The notes under the pieces: model-generated
The model's database searches: none
Told to the model about the DNA's origin: nothing
Seen by the model: only the letters and a program-made list of their open reading frames with translations
Assembly (NCBI GenBank): GCA_938018055.1
Contig: CALIKL010000023.1
Location: forward strand, 4,837-68,836
Source of the DNA: an uncultured bacterium
GTDB taxonomy: Bacteria; Bacteroidota; Rhodothermia; Rhodothermales; UBA10348
Direction: 5' to 3'
Length of the DNA stretch: 64,000 bases
Position numbers and translations under genes: made by a program
In this document: positions 19,962 through 29,840 of the stretch, one piece after another
Numbering within the stretch: position 1 is the stretch's first letter
Layout: the number at the start of each line of letters is the position of its first letter

Positions 19962-21581
19962 ATGCTGACACCTCCTGACCGGTTACGCGACCGGATTTCC
20001 CAGCTCATCTTCCCGCGAATCGGCTCGAATATGATGCCGGCGATTTCGGTCGAAGACGACGCGGCCCGAATCGAGGAGTTGATGGAAGAATTCCCCATTG
20101 GCGGCCTCTGTCTCTTCAATGGCGACCTGATCCGTACGCCACAGACGCTGACTCGCCTGCAGTCGAAAGCAGCCTATCCCCTACTGGTGGCGACGGACAT
20201 GGAGCGTGGTCTTGGGCAGCAACTGAATGGAGCGACTGTTTTTCCGCATGCGATGGCGTTCCAGGCGACCGGCGAAGATGCCGAATCCCTTTTGAAAGCC
20301 TCCGCAAAAGCGGCCGCACGAGAAGCACTGGCCGCTGGGCTACACATCAGTTTCTCGCCGGTGGCAGACATAAACTCGAATCCTGCAAACCCGATCATTT
20401 CTACTCGTGCTTATGGCACCACGACGGAAACGGTCAATCGCCTGATCACGGCATACATGCGCGGATGTCAGGAAGAGGGTCTGTTCACGACGGCCAAGCA
20501 CTTCCCGGGTCACGGAGACACGGACGTTGATTCGCACGAAACGCTCCCGGTCGTGGAACGCGATCGCACGGCCCTCGAAGCGTTGGAGCTGGCTCCTTTT
20601 CGCCGATCCATCGCACAGGGTGTTTCCCTGATCATGACCGCCCACGTGGCCTATCCCGGCCTTGATCCTTCAGGGACCGAGGCTACCAGATCGCGAACCA
20701 TTCTGTGGGATCTGCTTCGCAAGGATATGGGATTCAAAGGCGTGATCATCTCCGACAGCTTGCTGATGGCTGGCGCGGGCAGTCGCGAAGAACATCCCGG
20801 AGAGATGGCCGCCGCCCTGCTGGAAGCCGGACTGGACATCTTGCTCGATATCAAGGATGTGCCCGCTACCGTGGATTACCTGGTCTCGGCGGTGCGCTCG
20901 GGACGCATTCCCGAGGCATTGATTGATGCTGCACTGGAAAGGGTGTGGAGTCTGAAGGTCCGATTTGCCGCCCGATTCGGAAAAGGAGCCTTCGTAGATC
21001 CATCTCTCGCCGTTCCCTATCAGGAAATCGGGTGTGAACGGCACCGGCTCCTAGCCGACGAGATTGCACGTAAAGCGGTCCAGGTGGCTATCGGAGATGG
21101 TAACACCATCCGTCTTCCCACCCCCAGAATGGGCCAAAAGGGACCCATTTGTTTCCTGGTTCGTCCGCATACCACCTACAACGACCCCACTCAAGCTCCG
21201 CTTGAAACCGCCTTCCTTCGCGCCTTTCCGGATGGTCATTACATCGAAATCAATCCCGAATCCGAAGAGGATGACCTCCAGTCCCTGATCGAAGACGCAA
21301 GCAAGCACAGCGCTGTCGTCGTGGCTGCCATCGTGAAACCGGCTGCATGGCATCGATTCGGCCTCCTTCCCTTCCAGAAGCAATTCATCCGAGATCTGGT
21401 GGATCGCTACCCTGTGTGGCTGGCCGCCTTGGGAAGCCCCCTGCTGTTGGCCGATTTCCAGGACACTACGGCAGGTATCTGTGTGTATTCGGACGTCGAG
21501 CCTTCCATGCAGGCCCTGGTCGACTTCCTGGCAGATCGAAAAGACACCCGAGCTCCCATACTACCGAGCCTCCCCTCATGA
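19962..21581 (+). CDS. nagZ: GH3 beta-N-acetylhexosaminidase (NagZ-like)
   Basis: ATDMERG, SPVADIN, KHFPGHGDTDVDSH (NagZ signature), MTAH and ISDSL motifs. Confidence 0.85.
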   Translation: MLTPPDRLRDRISQLIFPRIGSNMMPAISVEDDAARIEELMEEFPIGGLCLFNGDLIRTPQTLTRLQSKAAYPLLVATDMERGLGQQLNGATVFPHAMAFQATGEDAESLLKASAKAAAREALAAGLHISFSPVADINSNPANPIISTRAYGTTTETVNRLITAYMRGCQEEGLFTTAKHFPGHGDTDVDSHETLPVVERDRTALEALELAPFRRSIAQGVSLIMTAHVAYPGLDPSGTEATRSRTILWDLLRKDMGFKGVIISDSLLMAGAGSREEHPGEMAAALLEAGLDILLDIKDVPATVDYLVSAVRSGRIPEALIDAALERVWSLKVRFAARFGKGAFVDPSLAVPYQEIGCERHRLLADEIARKAVQVAIGDGNTIRLPTPRMGQKGPICFLVRPHTTYNDPTQAPLETAFLRAFPDGHYIEINPESEEDDLQSLIEDASKHSAVVVAAIVKPAAWHRFGLLPFQKQFIRDLVDRYPVWLAALGSPLLLADFQDTTAGICVYSDVEPSMQALVDFLADRKDTRAPILPSLPS

Positions 21582-22492
21582 ATCGTTTTTCCCGAATCGT
21601 GTACGCCATTTTCATGACCCTGCTCATCGGTTTTTCTGGATGCACGGAGCCTGAACAGATGATACCTGACATCGAATCCCTCTCTGCACGGATTGATACC
21701 CTCGTCGCGGCACAGGAGGGAGCCATCGTTTCCGTATCCGTTCTGGATGCGTCCTCCGGTGTGGAATGGCATCGGGAGGGAGACCGGCTTTACCATGCAG
21801 CATCCACCATGAAATTGCCGGTGTTGATAGAACTGTTCCGCCAGTCTTCCGAGGAGCGGTTCGCGATGCAGGACGAGATCATCCTGAAGAATGAGTTTCG
21901 CTCAATCGTAGATGGGTCACTCTACAGCATCGAGGACGACTCAGACGACGCCATCTACGAGCAGCTGGGGCAACCAATGAGCTTGCGACAGCTCGCCTAC
22001 AACATGACCACGGTCTCTTCGAACCTGGCAACCAATCTGCTCATCGATTTCCTTGACGCGGATTCCGTTCAGGCAACGTCTGAGCGACTTGGCACGACGT
22101 TGATGCAGACTATTCGAGGCGTTGAAGATCTGAAAGCATTTGAGCTGGGCCTCTCCAACCGGGCCACGTCCGCAGACCTTGCCATCCTCATGGAAGCGAT
22201 TCGGACAGATCAGGCAGTTTCCGAAGCCGCCGACGCACAAATGCGCGAAATCCTGATGGATCAAGTGTTCAACTCGATGATCCCAAACGGACTCCCCGAA
22301 GGCACGAAGGTGGCTCATAAAACCGGTTCCATCACAGAGATCCATCATGATGCAGCCATTATTTATCCCGTTTCCGGGGCGCCGTATGTCCTGGTGATCA
22401 TGACCCAGGGAATTGCAGATCGGGATACGAGCTCGGCCTTGGGTTCAGCCATCACTGAGGCCGTTCACCAGACGTTGCGAGGGACATCGTGA
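21578..22492 (+). CDS. Class A beta-lactamase-like serine hydrolase lipoprotein (Beta-lactamase2 family)
   Basis: Lipobox FSGC; ASTMK (SxxK), SSN (SxN) and HKTG motifs; ATGA coupling to the GH3 gene. Confidence 0.82.
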   Translation: MNRFSRIVYAIFMTLLIGFSGCTEPEQMIPDIESLSARIDTLVAAQEGAIVSVSVLDASSGVEWHREGDRLYHAASTMKLPVLIELFRQSSEERFAMQDEIILKNEFRSIVDGSLYSIEDDSDDAIYEQLGQPMSLRQLAYNMTTVSSNLATNLLIDFLDADSVQATSERLGTTLMQTIRGVEDLKAFELGLSNRATSADLAILMEAIRTDQAVSEAADAQMREILMDQVFNSMIPNGLPEGTKVAHKTGSITEIHHDAAIIYPVSGAPYVLVIMTQGIADRDTSSALGSAITEAVHQTLRGTS

Positions 22493-23250
22493 TCGATTGG
22501 TTCAAGAACCTGTTTGAACCTGAGAGCAAGGGATCAGCAGAAATCGATCCACCCACGAGTGGCCGCGAGGGTGTGGATCTCGCCGCGCTGACCGCCGCAT
22601 TGGGCTGTCCCATTTCAAATGAGGCCCTCTATCGGCAAGCACTCTGCCATCGGTCTCTCCTTAGAGGCAAGCCGAACGCACACCTGTATTCCAACGAACG
22701 ACTGGAATATCTGGGCGATGCCGTAGTCGGCTTTCTGGTCGCAGAACATCTTTATGCGGCCTACCCGGAGCGCGATGAGGGCTTTCTGACCCGGTTGCGA
22801 GCAAAACTCGTCAACGGGCGCGCGCTCGCGGAGCGAGCGCGCGAGATCGACCTGGCATCCTTCATGCTGGTGAGCGACAGCCTCAACACTGAGCAACGGG
22901 ACAGCAACAGCATCCTTGCCGACGCTTTCGAAGCAATCATTGGCGCACTATACCTTGACCAGGGTCTGGATATGACCCGTGCCTTCGTCGAAAGAACGGT
23001 GCTGAGCCATATGGATCTCGACCAACTTGCCAGCGTCAAGGACAACTACAAAAGCATGCTTCTTGAGATGGTCCAGGCACGTAGCCAGATGCAGCCAGAA
23101 TACGCCGTCATCTCCGAATCCGGGCCGAGCCACGACAAGCGATTTGTAGTGGCTGTGCTCATCAACGGAGAGGAATACGGTCGTGGCGAGGGACGAAGCA
23201 AGAAGGGGGCGGAGCAGAAGGCGGCCAACCAGGCCCTGCAGAAGTTTTGA
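22489..23250 (+). CDS. rnc: Ribonuclease III
   Basis: NERLEYLGDAV, ADAFEAIIGALYLD and dsRBD GPSHDKRF...KKGAEQKAA motifs. Confidence 0.96.
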   Translation: MIDWFKNLFEPESKGSAEIDPPTSGREGVDLAALTAALGCPISNEALYRQALCHRSLLRGKPNAHLYSNERLEYLGDAVVGFLVAEHLYAAYPERDEGFLTRLRAKLVNGRALAERAREIDLASFMLVSDSLNTEQRDSNSILADAFEAIIGALYLDQGLDMTRAFVERTVLSHMDLDQLASVKDNYKSMLLEMVQARSQMQPEYAVISESGPSHDKRFVVAVLINGEEYGRGEGRSKKGAEQKAANQALQKF

Positions 23251-23456
23251 CTTCCTTGCAGCTGACACCTTCCAGCGAATGACGCCCATTCTAACCTGGT
23301 ATCATGGCGTACTATTCACCTGCTTGCAAAGGAGCATGTAGTTCTCCGTGAAGACGATCAATTCAAGCAAACTTGAACCATTGTCTGTGTAATTTTGCGG
23401 ACCCTTAGTCCTACCTAGGGCCGGATACGATCCTTTTGGATCTTGGTATTCTGTCA

Positions 23457-23481
23457 ACGTGGTCCACACCACGTCTTTTTT
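23457..23481 (+). terminator. Terminator-like hairpin upstream of gcvP
   Basis: ACGTGGT-ccac-ACCACGT followed by C and six T, 50 nt before the gcvP ATG. Confidence 0.5.
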
Positions 23482-23531
23482 ATCATCGGTACGCATCCCG
23501 TCCGGCGTCCTTACCTAGCTCGGCTGACCAC

Positions 23532-26390
23532 ATGCCCATCCGTCTGAGGTCCACTGACCGCTTTGTCGACCGCCACATCGGCCCTTCAGAGGCCGACATC
23601 CAGGCCATGCTCGAAACGATCGGAGTTGACTCGTTGGAGTCCCTGATCGACGACACCCTTCCGGCCAGCATCCGCATGCAAGGAGACCTGCAGCTCCCGG
23701 AGGCACTCAGTGAAACTGATCTGCTTAAGCGCGCAAGAGAACTTGCGGATCAAAATGAGTGGTTTCGTTCCTATATCGGCATGGGATACCACGGTACGGT
23801 AACCCCACCGGTCGTTCAGCGTGGTATTCTTGAGAATCCTTCTTGGTACACGCAGTACACACCCTACCAGGCGGAAATTGCTCAGGGTCGCCTTGAAGCG
23901 CTCCTCAACTTCCAGACGGTCATCATGGATCTGACCGGAATGGAAATCGCAAACGCTTCGCTCTTGGACGAAGGGACCGCAGCTGCCGAGGCGATGATGA
24001 TGTTCCACCGGCAGACGAAGCGTAGCGGACGCAACCGGTTCTTTGTATCCGAAGCATGCCATCCGCAAACCATTGCTGTTGTCGAGGCCCGCGCCGTGCC
24101 CCTCGGGATCGAAGTGGAAATTGGTGACCATCGCTCCTTCTCCTTTACCGATGAATGCTTTGGGGCGCTGGTCCAGTATCCGGCTTCCGACGGGGAAGTA
24201 TTCGATTACACGGCTTTCTGTGAGGACGCTCACGCGAAAAAGGCGTTCGTGGTCGTGGCCGCCGATCTCATGAGCCTCACGCTGTTGAAAGCGCCTGGCC
24301 AGTTCGGAGCTGATGCAGCCATCGGCTCGACACAGCGATTCGGCGTTCCTCCGGGATTCGGAGGTCCTCATGCGGCCTATTTCGGAACGAAGGAGTCCTT
24401 CAAACGCCAAGTGCCTGGGCGCATCATTGGCGTAAGCGTGGACGCTGATGGTAATACCGCTTTGCGTATGGCTCTGCAGACGCGCGAGCAGCATATCCGT
24501 CGCGACAAAGCCACATCAAACATTTGTACGGCCCAGGTATTACTGGCGGTCATCGCCAGCATGTACGCGGTCTACCATGGTGCAGACGGACTCAAAGCCA
24601 TTGCTACCCGCATCCATGACATGACGCGCTTGCTGGCGAAAGGCCTTTCCCGCGCGGGTCTCACCGTTCGTCATGATGATTTCTTTGACACGATCCGCGT
24701 GGATGGTGCCGATCACGTGGCTGTGCGTGAGCAAGCCCTGGCTCATCGTATCAATCTTCGTTATTTCGAAGACGGATCAATCGGTGTATCGATTGATGAA
24801 ACCGTCGAAGCCGCAGACCTGACCGACCTACTGACCGTATTCGGTATCGAAGCCGCCGCGTCTCTCGTAGACGAATTGGCCGGTGCCATGGAGTCTGGCT
24901 ACTCCGGTGCCCTTCCGCGCGAAAGTCAATACATGACCGCTCGCGTGTTTGAGGAGCACCGCTCTGAGGCAGCATTAACGCGCTACATGCATCATCTGTC
25001 GACGAAGGATCTCTCGCTGACCACCAGCATGATTGCGCTCGGATCGTGCACGATGAAGCTCAATGCTGTTGCCGAGCTCATGCCCATAACGATGCCTGCA
25101 TTCAATCAGCTGCATCCGTTTGCGCCTGCTGATCAGGCCTCCGGATATCACGAGATGATGCAGGAGCTGCGTACCTGGCTCAATGAAATTACCGGTTTCG
25201 CAGCAACTTCCCTGCAGCCCAACTCGGGTGCCTCCGGCGAATATGCCGGACTGATGGTCATACGGGCCTATCACGAATCACGCGATGATGGACATCGTCA
25301 CGTGTGCCTCATTCCATCCTCTGCTCACGGAACGAATCCGGCTTCTGCTGTCATGGCTGGCATGCAGGTCGTTGTTGTGGCATGTGACGACGATGGAAAT
25401 ATTGATGTTGAAGATCTGCGTACCAAAGCTGAGGAGGCTGGCGACAATCTTTCCTCGCTGATGATCACGTATCCGTCCACACATGGCGTCTTCGAAGAGT
25501 CCGTTGCAGAAATCTGTGACATCGTGCACCAGTATGGTGGTCAGGTCTACATGGACGGCGCCAACATGAATGCCCAGGTCGGCCTGTGCCGTCCGGGCGA
25601 CATTGGCGCAGATGTATGCCACCTCAACCTGCATAAAACGTTCGCCATTCCTCATGGCGGTGGCGGACCTGGTGTAGGTCCGATCTGCGTAGCGGCCCAT
25701 CTCGCTGAGTTTCTGCCGGGGCATCCCCTCGTGGAGGCCGGTGGCTCCATCGGGCCCGTCGCAGCAGCGCCATTTGGTAGTGCCTCCATCCTCTTGATTT
25801 CCTGGGCCTACATTGCCATGCTGGGCGCAGAGGGACTCAAGAAATCAACACAAGTCGCCATCCTGAATGCCAACTACATGGCGCATCGCCTGAAAGAACA
25901 CTACGACGTGCTCTACAAAGGCAAGAATGATCGTGTCGCTCACGAATACATCCTCGATCTTCGATCTCTGCGTCAAAACACGACGTTGACCGAGGTCGAT
26001 GTTGCCAAGCGGCTTATGGATTACGGTTTCCATGCCCCAACCATGTCGTGGCCGGTGGTCGGTACCGTGATGGTCGAGCCTACCGAAAGCGAGAACAAGG
26101 CTGAACTGGATCGCTTCGTCGAAGCCATGACCTCCATCCGAGCAGAAATCCAGGAGGTTGAGCTGGGACTGGTGGAAGGCGAAACCTCGGTTCTGGCCAA
26201 CGCCCCGCATACGGCGGCCATGGTCACCGCCGAAGCGTGGGAGCAAGCCTATTCCCGCGAACGGGCGGCCTGGCCTGCTTCCTGGTCGCACAGCCACAAA
26301 TTCTGGCCAACCGTCCGCCGCGTCAACGATGCGCAGGGTGACCGCAACCTGGTATGTTCTTGCCTGCCGCTGGAAGCATACGAAGGCTGA
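23532..26390 (+). CDS. gcvP: Glycine dehydrogenase (decarboxylating), single-chain P protein
   Basis: [40 protein letters not shown] lysine in HLNLHKTF and DRNLVCSC motifs. Confidence 0.98.
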   Translation: MPIRLRSTDRFVDRHIGPSEADIQAMLETIGVDSLESLIDDTLPASIRMQGDLQLPEALSETDLLKRARELADQNEWFRSYIGMGYHGTVTPPVVQRGILENPSWYTQYTPYQAEIAQGRLEALLNFQTVIMDLTGMEIANASLLDEGTAAAEAMMMFHRQTKRSGRNRFFVSEACHPQTIAVVEARAVPLGIEVEIGDHRSFSFTDECFGALVQYPASDGEVFDYTAFCEDAHAKKAFVVVAADLMSLTLLKAPGQFGADAAIGSTQRFGVPPGFGGPHAAYFGTKESFKRQVPGRIIGVSVDADGNTALRMALQTREQHIRRDKATSNICTAQVLLAVIASMYAVYHGADGLKAIATRIHDMTRLLAKGLSRAGLTVRHDDFFDTIRVDGADHVAVREQALAHRINLRYFEDGSIGVSIDETVEAADLTDLLTVFGIEAAASLVDELAGAMESGYSGALPRESQYMTARVFEEHRSEAALTRYMHHLSTKDLSLTTSMIALGSCTMKLNAVAELMPITMPAFNQLHPFAPADQASGYHEMMQELRTWLNEITGFAATSLQPNSGASGEYAGLMVIRAYHESRDDGHRHVCLIPSSAHGTNPASAVMAGMQVVVVACDDDGNIDVEDLRTKAEEAGDNLSSLMITYPSTHGVFEESVAEICDIVHQYGGQVYMDGANMNAQVGLCRPGDIGADVCHLNLHKTFAIPHGGGGPGVGPICVAAHLAEFLPGHPLVEAGGSIGPVAAAPFGSASILLISWAYIAMLGAEGLKKSTQVAILNANYMAHRLKEHYDVLYKGKNDRVAHEYILDLRSLRQNTTLTEVDVAKRLMDYGFHAPTMSWPVVGTVMVEPTESENKAELDRFVEAMTSIRAEIQEVELGLVEGETSVLANAPHTAAMVTAEAWEQAYSRERAAWPASWSHSHKFWPTVRRVNDAQGDRNLVCSCLPLEAYEG

Positions 26391-26395
26391 TCCGC

Positions 26396-27298
26396 TCAGT
26401 CGTTCAACGTATACAGCTTTCCGGACAGGGGATGCCCTACGTGTTCGGCAATCATTCGTGACACCTGGCTCACGCGCGCGATATCAATCCCGGTGCTCAG
26501 GCCAGACTGTTCCAGTGCCCAGACGACATCTTCTGTCGCGACATTCCCTGTTGCACCCGGGATGAACGGGCACCCACCCATTCCTCCGAGTGAAACATCA
26601 AACCGATCCACACCGACCTGGACAGCCGCCAGGATGTTGGCAATGCCGAGTCCTCGCGTGTCGTGCAGATGGAGCACGATAGGATGATCTGTCTCAGAGC
26701 GAACGGCCGACACGGTGTCCCGGATCGATTCCGGATTCGCCAGCCCCGTTGAGTCGGCCAGGGAAAAAGACTCAAGTGGTAGCGAAGCAAAATGGGCAGC
26801 AAGTGCTCGTATCGTGTCGAGCCCTGTATCTCCCGGCTGTTTGTATCCCCAAACGGTTTGCAGACCAAGTTGCATCTGCATTCCAGCCTGAATAGCTCGT
26901 TCCACCATGCTGCTGGCGCGGGACACCCCTTCTTCCACGCTCATGTTGGCATTATCACGACCATGTTGCTCATGGGTCGCGATGGACAAATCAACAAAAG
27001 ACAATCCGGCGCTGGCGGCACGATCTACGCCCCGTTCATTGAGAGCAAGACCCGAGCATATCACCTGCTCATGCGAAGCAAACTTGTCAGCAATCTGCTC
27101 TGCGTCAGACATTTGTGGTACCCGTCCCGGGTGTACAAACGACGTGATTTGGACGCGTCTCAATCCAGCATCGATGAGCCCCTGAATCGCCTCCACTTTA
27201 AGCTCGGTTGGAATCGGTACGGCCTCAAACTGAAACCCATCCCGTGGTCCTACTTCGCATAGTGAGATCGTCTTCGGTGTCGATTGGAGTTCCGTCAT
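26396..27298 (-). CDS. Hydroxymethylglutaryl-CoA lyase family protein
   Basis: EVGPRDGFQ, HLHDTRG and GGCPFIPGATGNVATED motifs. Confidence 0.9.
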   Translation of the reverse strand: MTELQSTPKTISLCEVGPRDGFQFEAVPIPTELKVEAIQGLIDAGLRRVQITSFVHPGRVPQMSDAEQIADKFASHEQVICSGLALNERGVDRAASAGLSFVDLSIATHEQHGRDNANMSVEEGVSRASSMVERAIQAGMQMQLGLQTVWGYKQPGDTGLDTIRALAAHFASLPLESFSLADSTGLANPESIRDTVSAVRSETDHPIVLHLHDTRGLGIANILAAVQVGVDRFDVSLGGMGGCPFIPGATGNVATEDVVWALEQSGLSTGIDIARVSQVSRMIAEHVGHPLSGKLYTLND

Positions 27299-27399
27299 CG
27301 GATGCGGTTGGCAAATTGGGGACCGACCACGATGGCCGATCTGGTCAACAGACCCCGTTGAGGATCAAAGGGTTCCGGACCACAAGGCTGCCAGAATAG

Positions 27400-27432
27400 C
27401 AAAGCGGGAGCAGGCAGTGCCTGCTCCCGCTT
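27400..27432 (-). terminator. Strong GC-rich hairpin, probable intrinsic terminator on the minus strand
   Basis: AAGCGGGAGCAGGCA-g-TGCCTGCTCCCGCTT perfect inverted repeat at 27402-27432; short U-run on the minus strand. Confidence 0.7.
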
Positions 27433-27520
27433 AAGCTGAAGAGGTGTGATCCCTGCCCCACCCACCTAGAAATAGCAGGGACCACACGAGCTGGAGGAGG
27501 TAGCTCTACATCTTCAGATT
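27400..27520 (-). ncRNA. Candidate structured sRNA with ACCUCCUCC loop
   Basis: Three nested helices plus a terminator; one pair is G-U on the minus strand but A-C on the plus strand. Confidence 0.45.
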
Positions 27521-27614
27521 GTGTCTTCGTTTTGAAATGAAGGAATACTCCTTCATGTTGACGATGGCCGGGATGTGGACCGAAACCAACCGTCAGCGGT
27601 GTTCAGGGTATGAA

Positions 27615-27881
27615 TCAGGCTGCTCGCGAAGCACGGAGTTCCGAGAGCAAGCCCACTACTTCAGCGCTCAGGTCCTGATCAGACAACCAAGCCAATTGAC
27701 CGGACAATGCCTCATTGGCAATGCGAGCAATAGCCATCCGCTCACTGATCGAGACTCCCTTTGCGTCAAGTACCTGATTGAGTCGGTCCCATTGTGATTC
27801 TGTGATCTGGCCGCTTACGTAGCGAGCAAGCAGAAGCATGAAAGCTGACTGTCGGGCGAGCGATGCGTGTACTGGAGTCAT
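27615..27881 (-). CDS. Hypothetical small helical protein (88 aa)
   Basis: Protein-like composition (FMLLLARYVSGQITESQWDRLNQVLD); fills an otherwise empty intergenic region; AT-rich upstream region. Confidence 0.6.
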   Translation of the reverse strand: MTPVHASLARQSAFMLLLARYVSGQITESQWDRLNQVLDAKGVSISERMAIARIANEALSGQLAWLSDQDLSAEVVGLLSELRASRAA

Positions 27882-28263
27882 GACGGTGTCGTTTGGTTGA
27901 GAGCGTGATGTCCAATGAACTACCCGGTTCCTGAACAACAACCGGGCCTGTCTATCTCGAAGACACACATACCGTCAGGCCCGTAACCACATCACAGCGG
28001 GAATTACAGCCGCACTACCTTCATAAATGAAGCCGGACTCACTTTTTTACCCATTGTGCTGCAATTATTTACAGGCTCTAATCAAAAGAGATAACACCAT
28101 TTGAAGCGTTGATCTCATGCCCTGGTGATACCCGATAAACCCATCGATTTCCGAGCACTAAGATTGTCCTATCTGCTGGACGCACCCGGTAACGGCCGTC
28201 TTCCTGTCCGGACGAATCGACTTCCCTGCTCCGTAGAGCGCGGACTGAAATACGTGCCGCAGC

Positions 28264-29745
28264 CTACGCAGAAACAGGTGACCTTCCAATCTCGAACCAC
28301 CCCGATACATCCACGCCATCTTCCCCATGTTTGTGCGTGTACTCATTCGTCGAGGAATTGTAATCGTAGTCATCGGCCCACGCATCGACGTTGGCAGCGA
28401 TTTCCTCGAGCGCAGTCAGGACGTAATCAAGTTCAGCATCGGTCATGGTCGGGTGCAGCGACAGACGTACCCATCCGGGCTTATTGGCCAGAAAGCCGTC
28501 ATTGATCTGATCCGTGATACGCTTGGAGTGCTCGCGATCCACGTGAAGCAAATAGTGACCATAAGTACCTGCACATGAACAGCCGCCGCGCGTCTGAATG
28601 CCGTAGCGGTCGTTGAGCAACTTGACGATCAGGTTGTAGTGAACGTCGTTGATATAGAAGGAAATGACGCCCAGGCGCTCCTCAATGTTGTCGGCCAGGA
28701 TGTTCAAGCCCGGAATGGCTCGCATGCGAGGAAAGGCCTGCGCCAACAGCTCGTTTTCACGTGCCATGATGCGATTCGTACCCATTTCCTCTTTCAACTT
28801 GATGGCCAACGCGGCACGGATGGTTTGCAGGAAGGCTGGTGTTCCGCCGTCCTCACGGTCCTCGATATTCTCGACAAACCGGTGCTCGCCCCACGGATTC
28901 GTCCAATCTACCGTCCCACCACCGGGGTGGTCGGGAACGCGGTTCTTGTTCAGGTCTGCATTGACGACCATAATGCCGCTCGACCCGGGGCCACCAAGGA
29001 ATTTATGGGGCGAAAAGAAAATGGCATCAAGTCGCGCCATCTCATCCTGAGGATGCATGTTGATGTCTTCGTACGGCGCATTGGCTGCAAAGTCCACAAA
29101 ACACCAGCCGCCATGCTCATGCATGACCCGCGAAAGCTCGTGATAGGGCACGTGGACCCCCGTCACGTTCGAACAGGCCGTGAACGACCCGATAAGTGGG
29201 CGACCCTCGTACTTCACGATCTCCCGCTTCAAATTCTCCACAGCACAATGACCATCATGATCCGGATCGATCCAGACGAGATCTACCAATGATTCGATCC
29301 ACGAAGTATGATTGGAGTGGTGTTCCATGTGCGTGATGAAAACGACAGGGCGTTTTTCATCCGGGATGGATACATATGGCGCTACTTGTTCAGGAATCCG
29401 AACACCGATAATGCGCTGTAGCTTGTTGATCACTCCCGTCATTCCGGACCCGGCCGAAATGATGATGTCATTTGGACCGGCTCCCACATGCCGCTTGATG
29501 ATATTGCGGGCCTCACGGTAGGCGCGGGTCATGGACGTTCCCGTCACACTCGTTTCGGTGTGCGTATTTCCAACGTACGGTCCGATCATATCCGAAAGAC
29601 AGGATTCGATGGGGCCGTACAGACGACCGCTGGCGATCCAGTCTGCATAGACGATCTGCTTTTCTCCGTAGGGTCCCTCGAAGGTGTGGTCGATACCGAC
29701 AATCTGACGTCGAAACGGCTCGAAGTACTGCTCAAGCGAGGACAT
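28264..29745 (-). CDS. Aminotransferase class V PLP enzyme (cysteine desulfurase/selenocysteine lyase-like)
   Basis: YADWIASGR, MEHHSN, CSNVTG, FFSPHKFLGG and RGGCSCAG motifs. Confidence 0.88.
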   Translation of the reverse strand: MSSLEQYFEPFRRQIVGIDHTFEGPYGEKQIVYADWIASGRLYGPIESCLSDMIGPYVGNTHTETSVTGTSMTRAYREARNIIKRHVGAGPNDIIISAGSGMTGVINKLQRIIGVRIPEQVAPYVSIPDEKRPVVFITHMEHHSNHTSWIESLVDLVWIDPDHDGHCAVENLKREIVKYEGRPLIGSFTACSNVTGVHVPYHELSRVMHEHGGWCFVDFAANAPYEDINMHPQDEMARLDAIFFSPHKFLGGPGSSGIMVVNADLNKNRVPDHPGGGTVDWTNPWGEHRFVENIEDREDGGTPAFLQTIRAALAIKLKEEMGTNRIMARENELLAQAFPRMRAIPGLNILADNIEERLGVISFYINDVHYNLIVKLLNDRYGIQTRGGCSCAGTYGHYLLHVDREHSKRITDQINDGFLANKPGWVRLSLHPTMTDAELDYVLTALEEIAANVDAWADDYDYNSSTNEYTHKHGEDGVDVSGWFEIGRSPVSA

Positions 29746-29840
29746 GACGGATCGGGGACTGGTTCTGGAGGAGCGATTCCGGTAGAGTCATATCGGAAGC
29801 GCAGGCGCACAGCGGACCAGAAAATACAAATCGTGGCGGA

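Noticed and set aside
21578-22492. Antibiotic-resistance beta-lactamase call
   Set aside because: Chromosomal housekeeping context, SSN instead of SDN, and no mobile-element signs; activity cannot be inferred.
23251-23531. Glycine riboswitch upstream of gcvP
   Set aside because: The conserved aptamer segments are not recognisable; reported instead as an unknown structured region.
27519-27797. Plus-strand 92-aa ORF downstream of GGAGGAGGT
   Set aside because: The SD-to-start spacing is too long (17 nt or more), and it overlaps a more protein-like minus-strand ORF.
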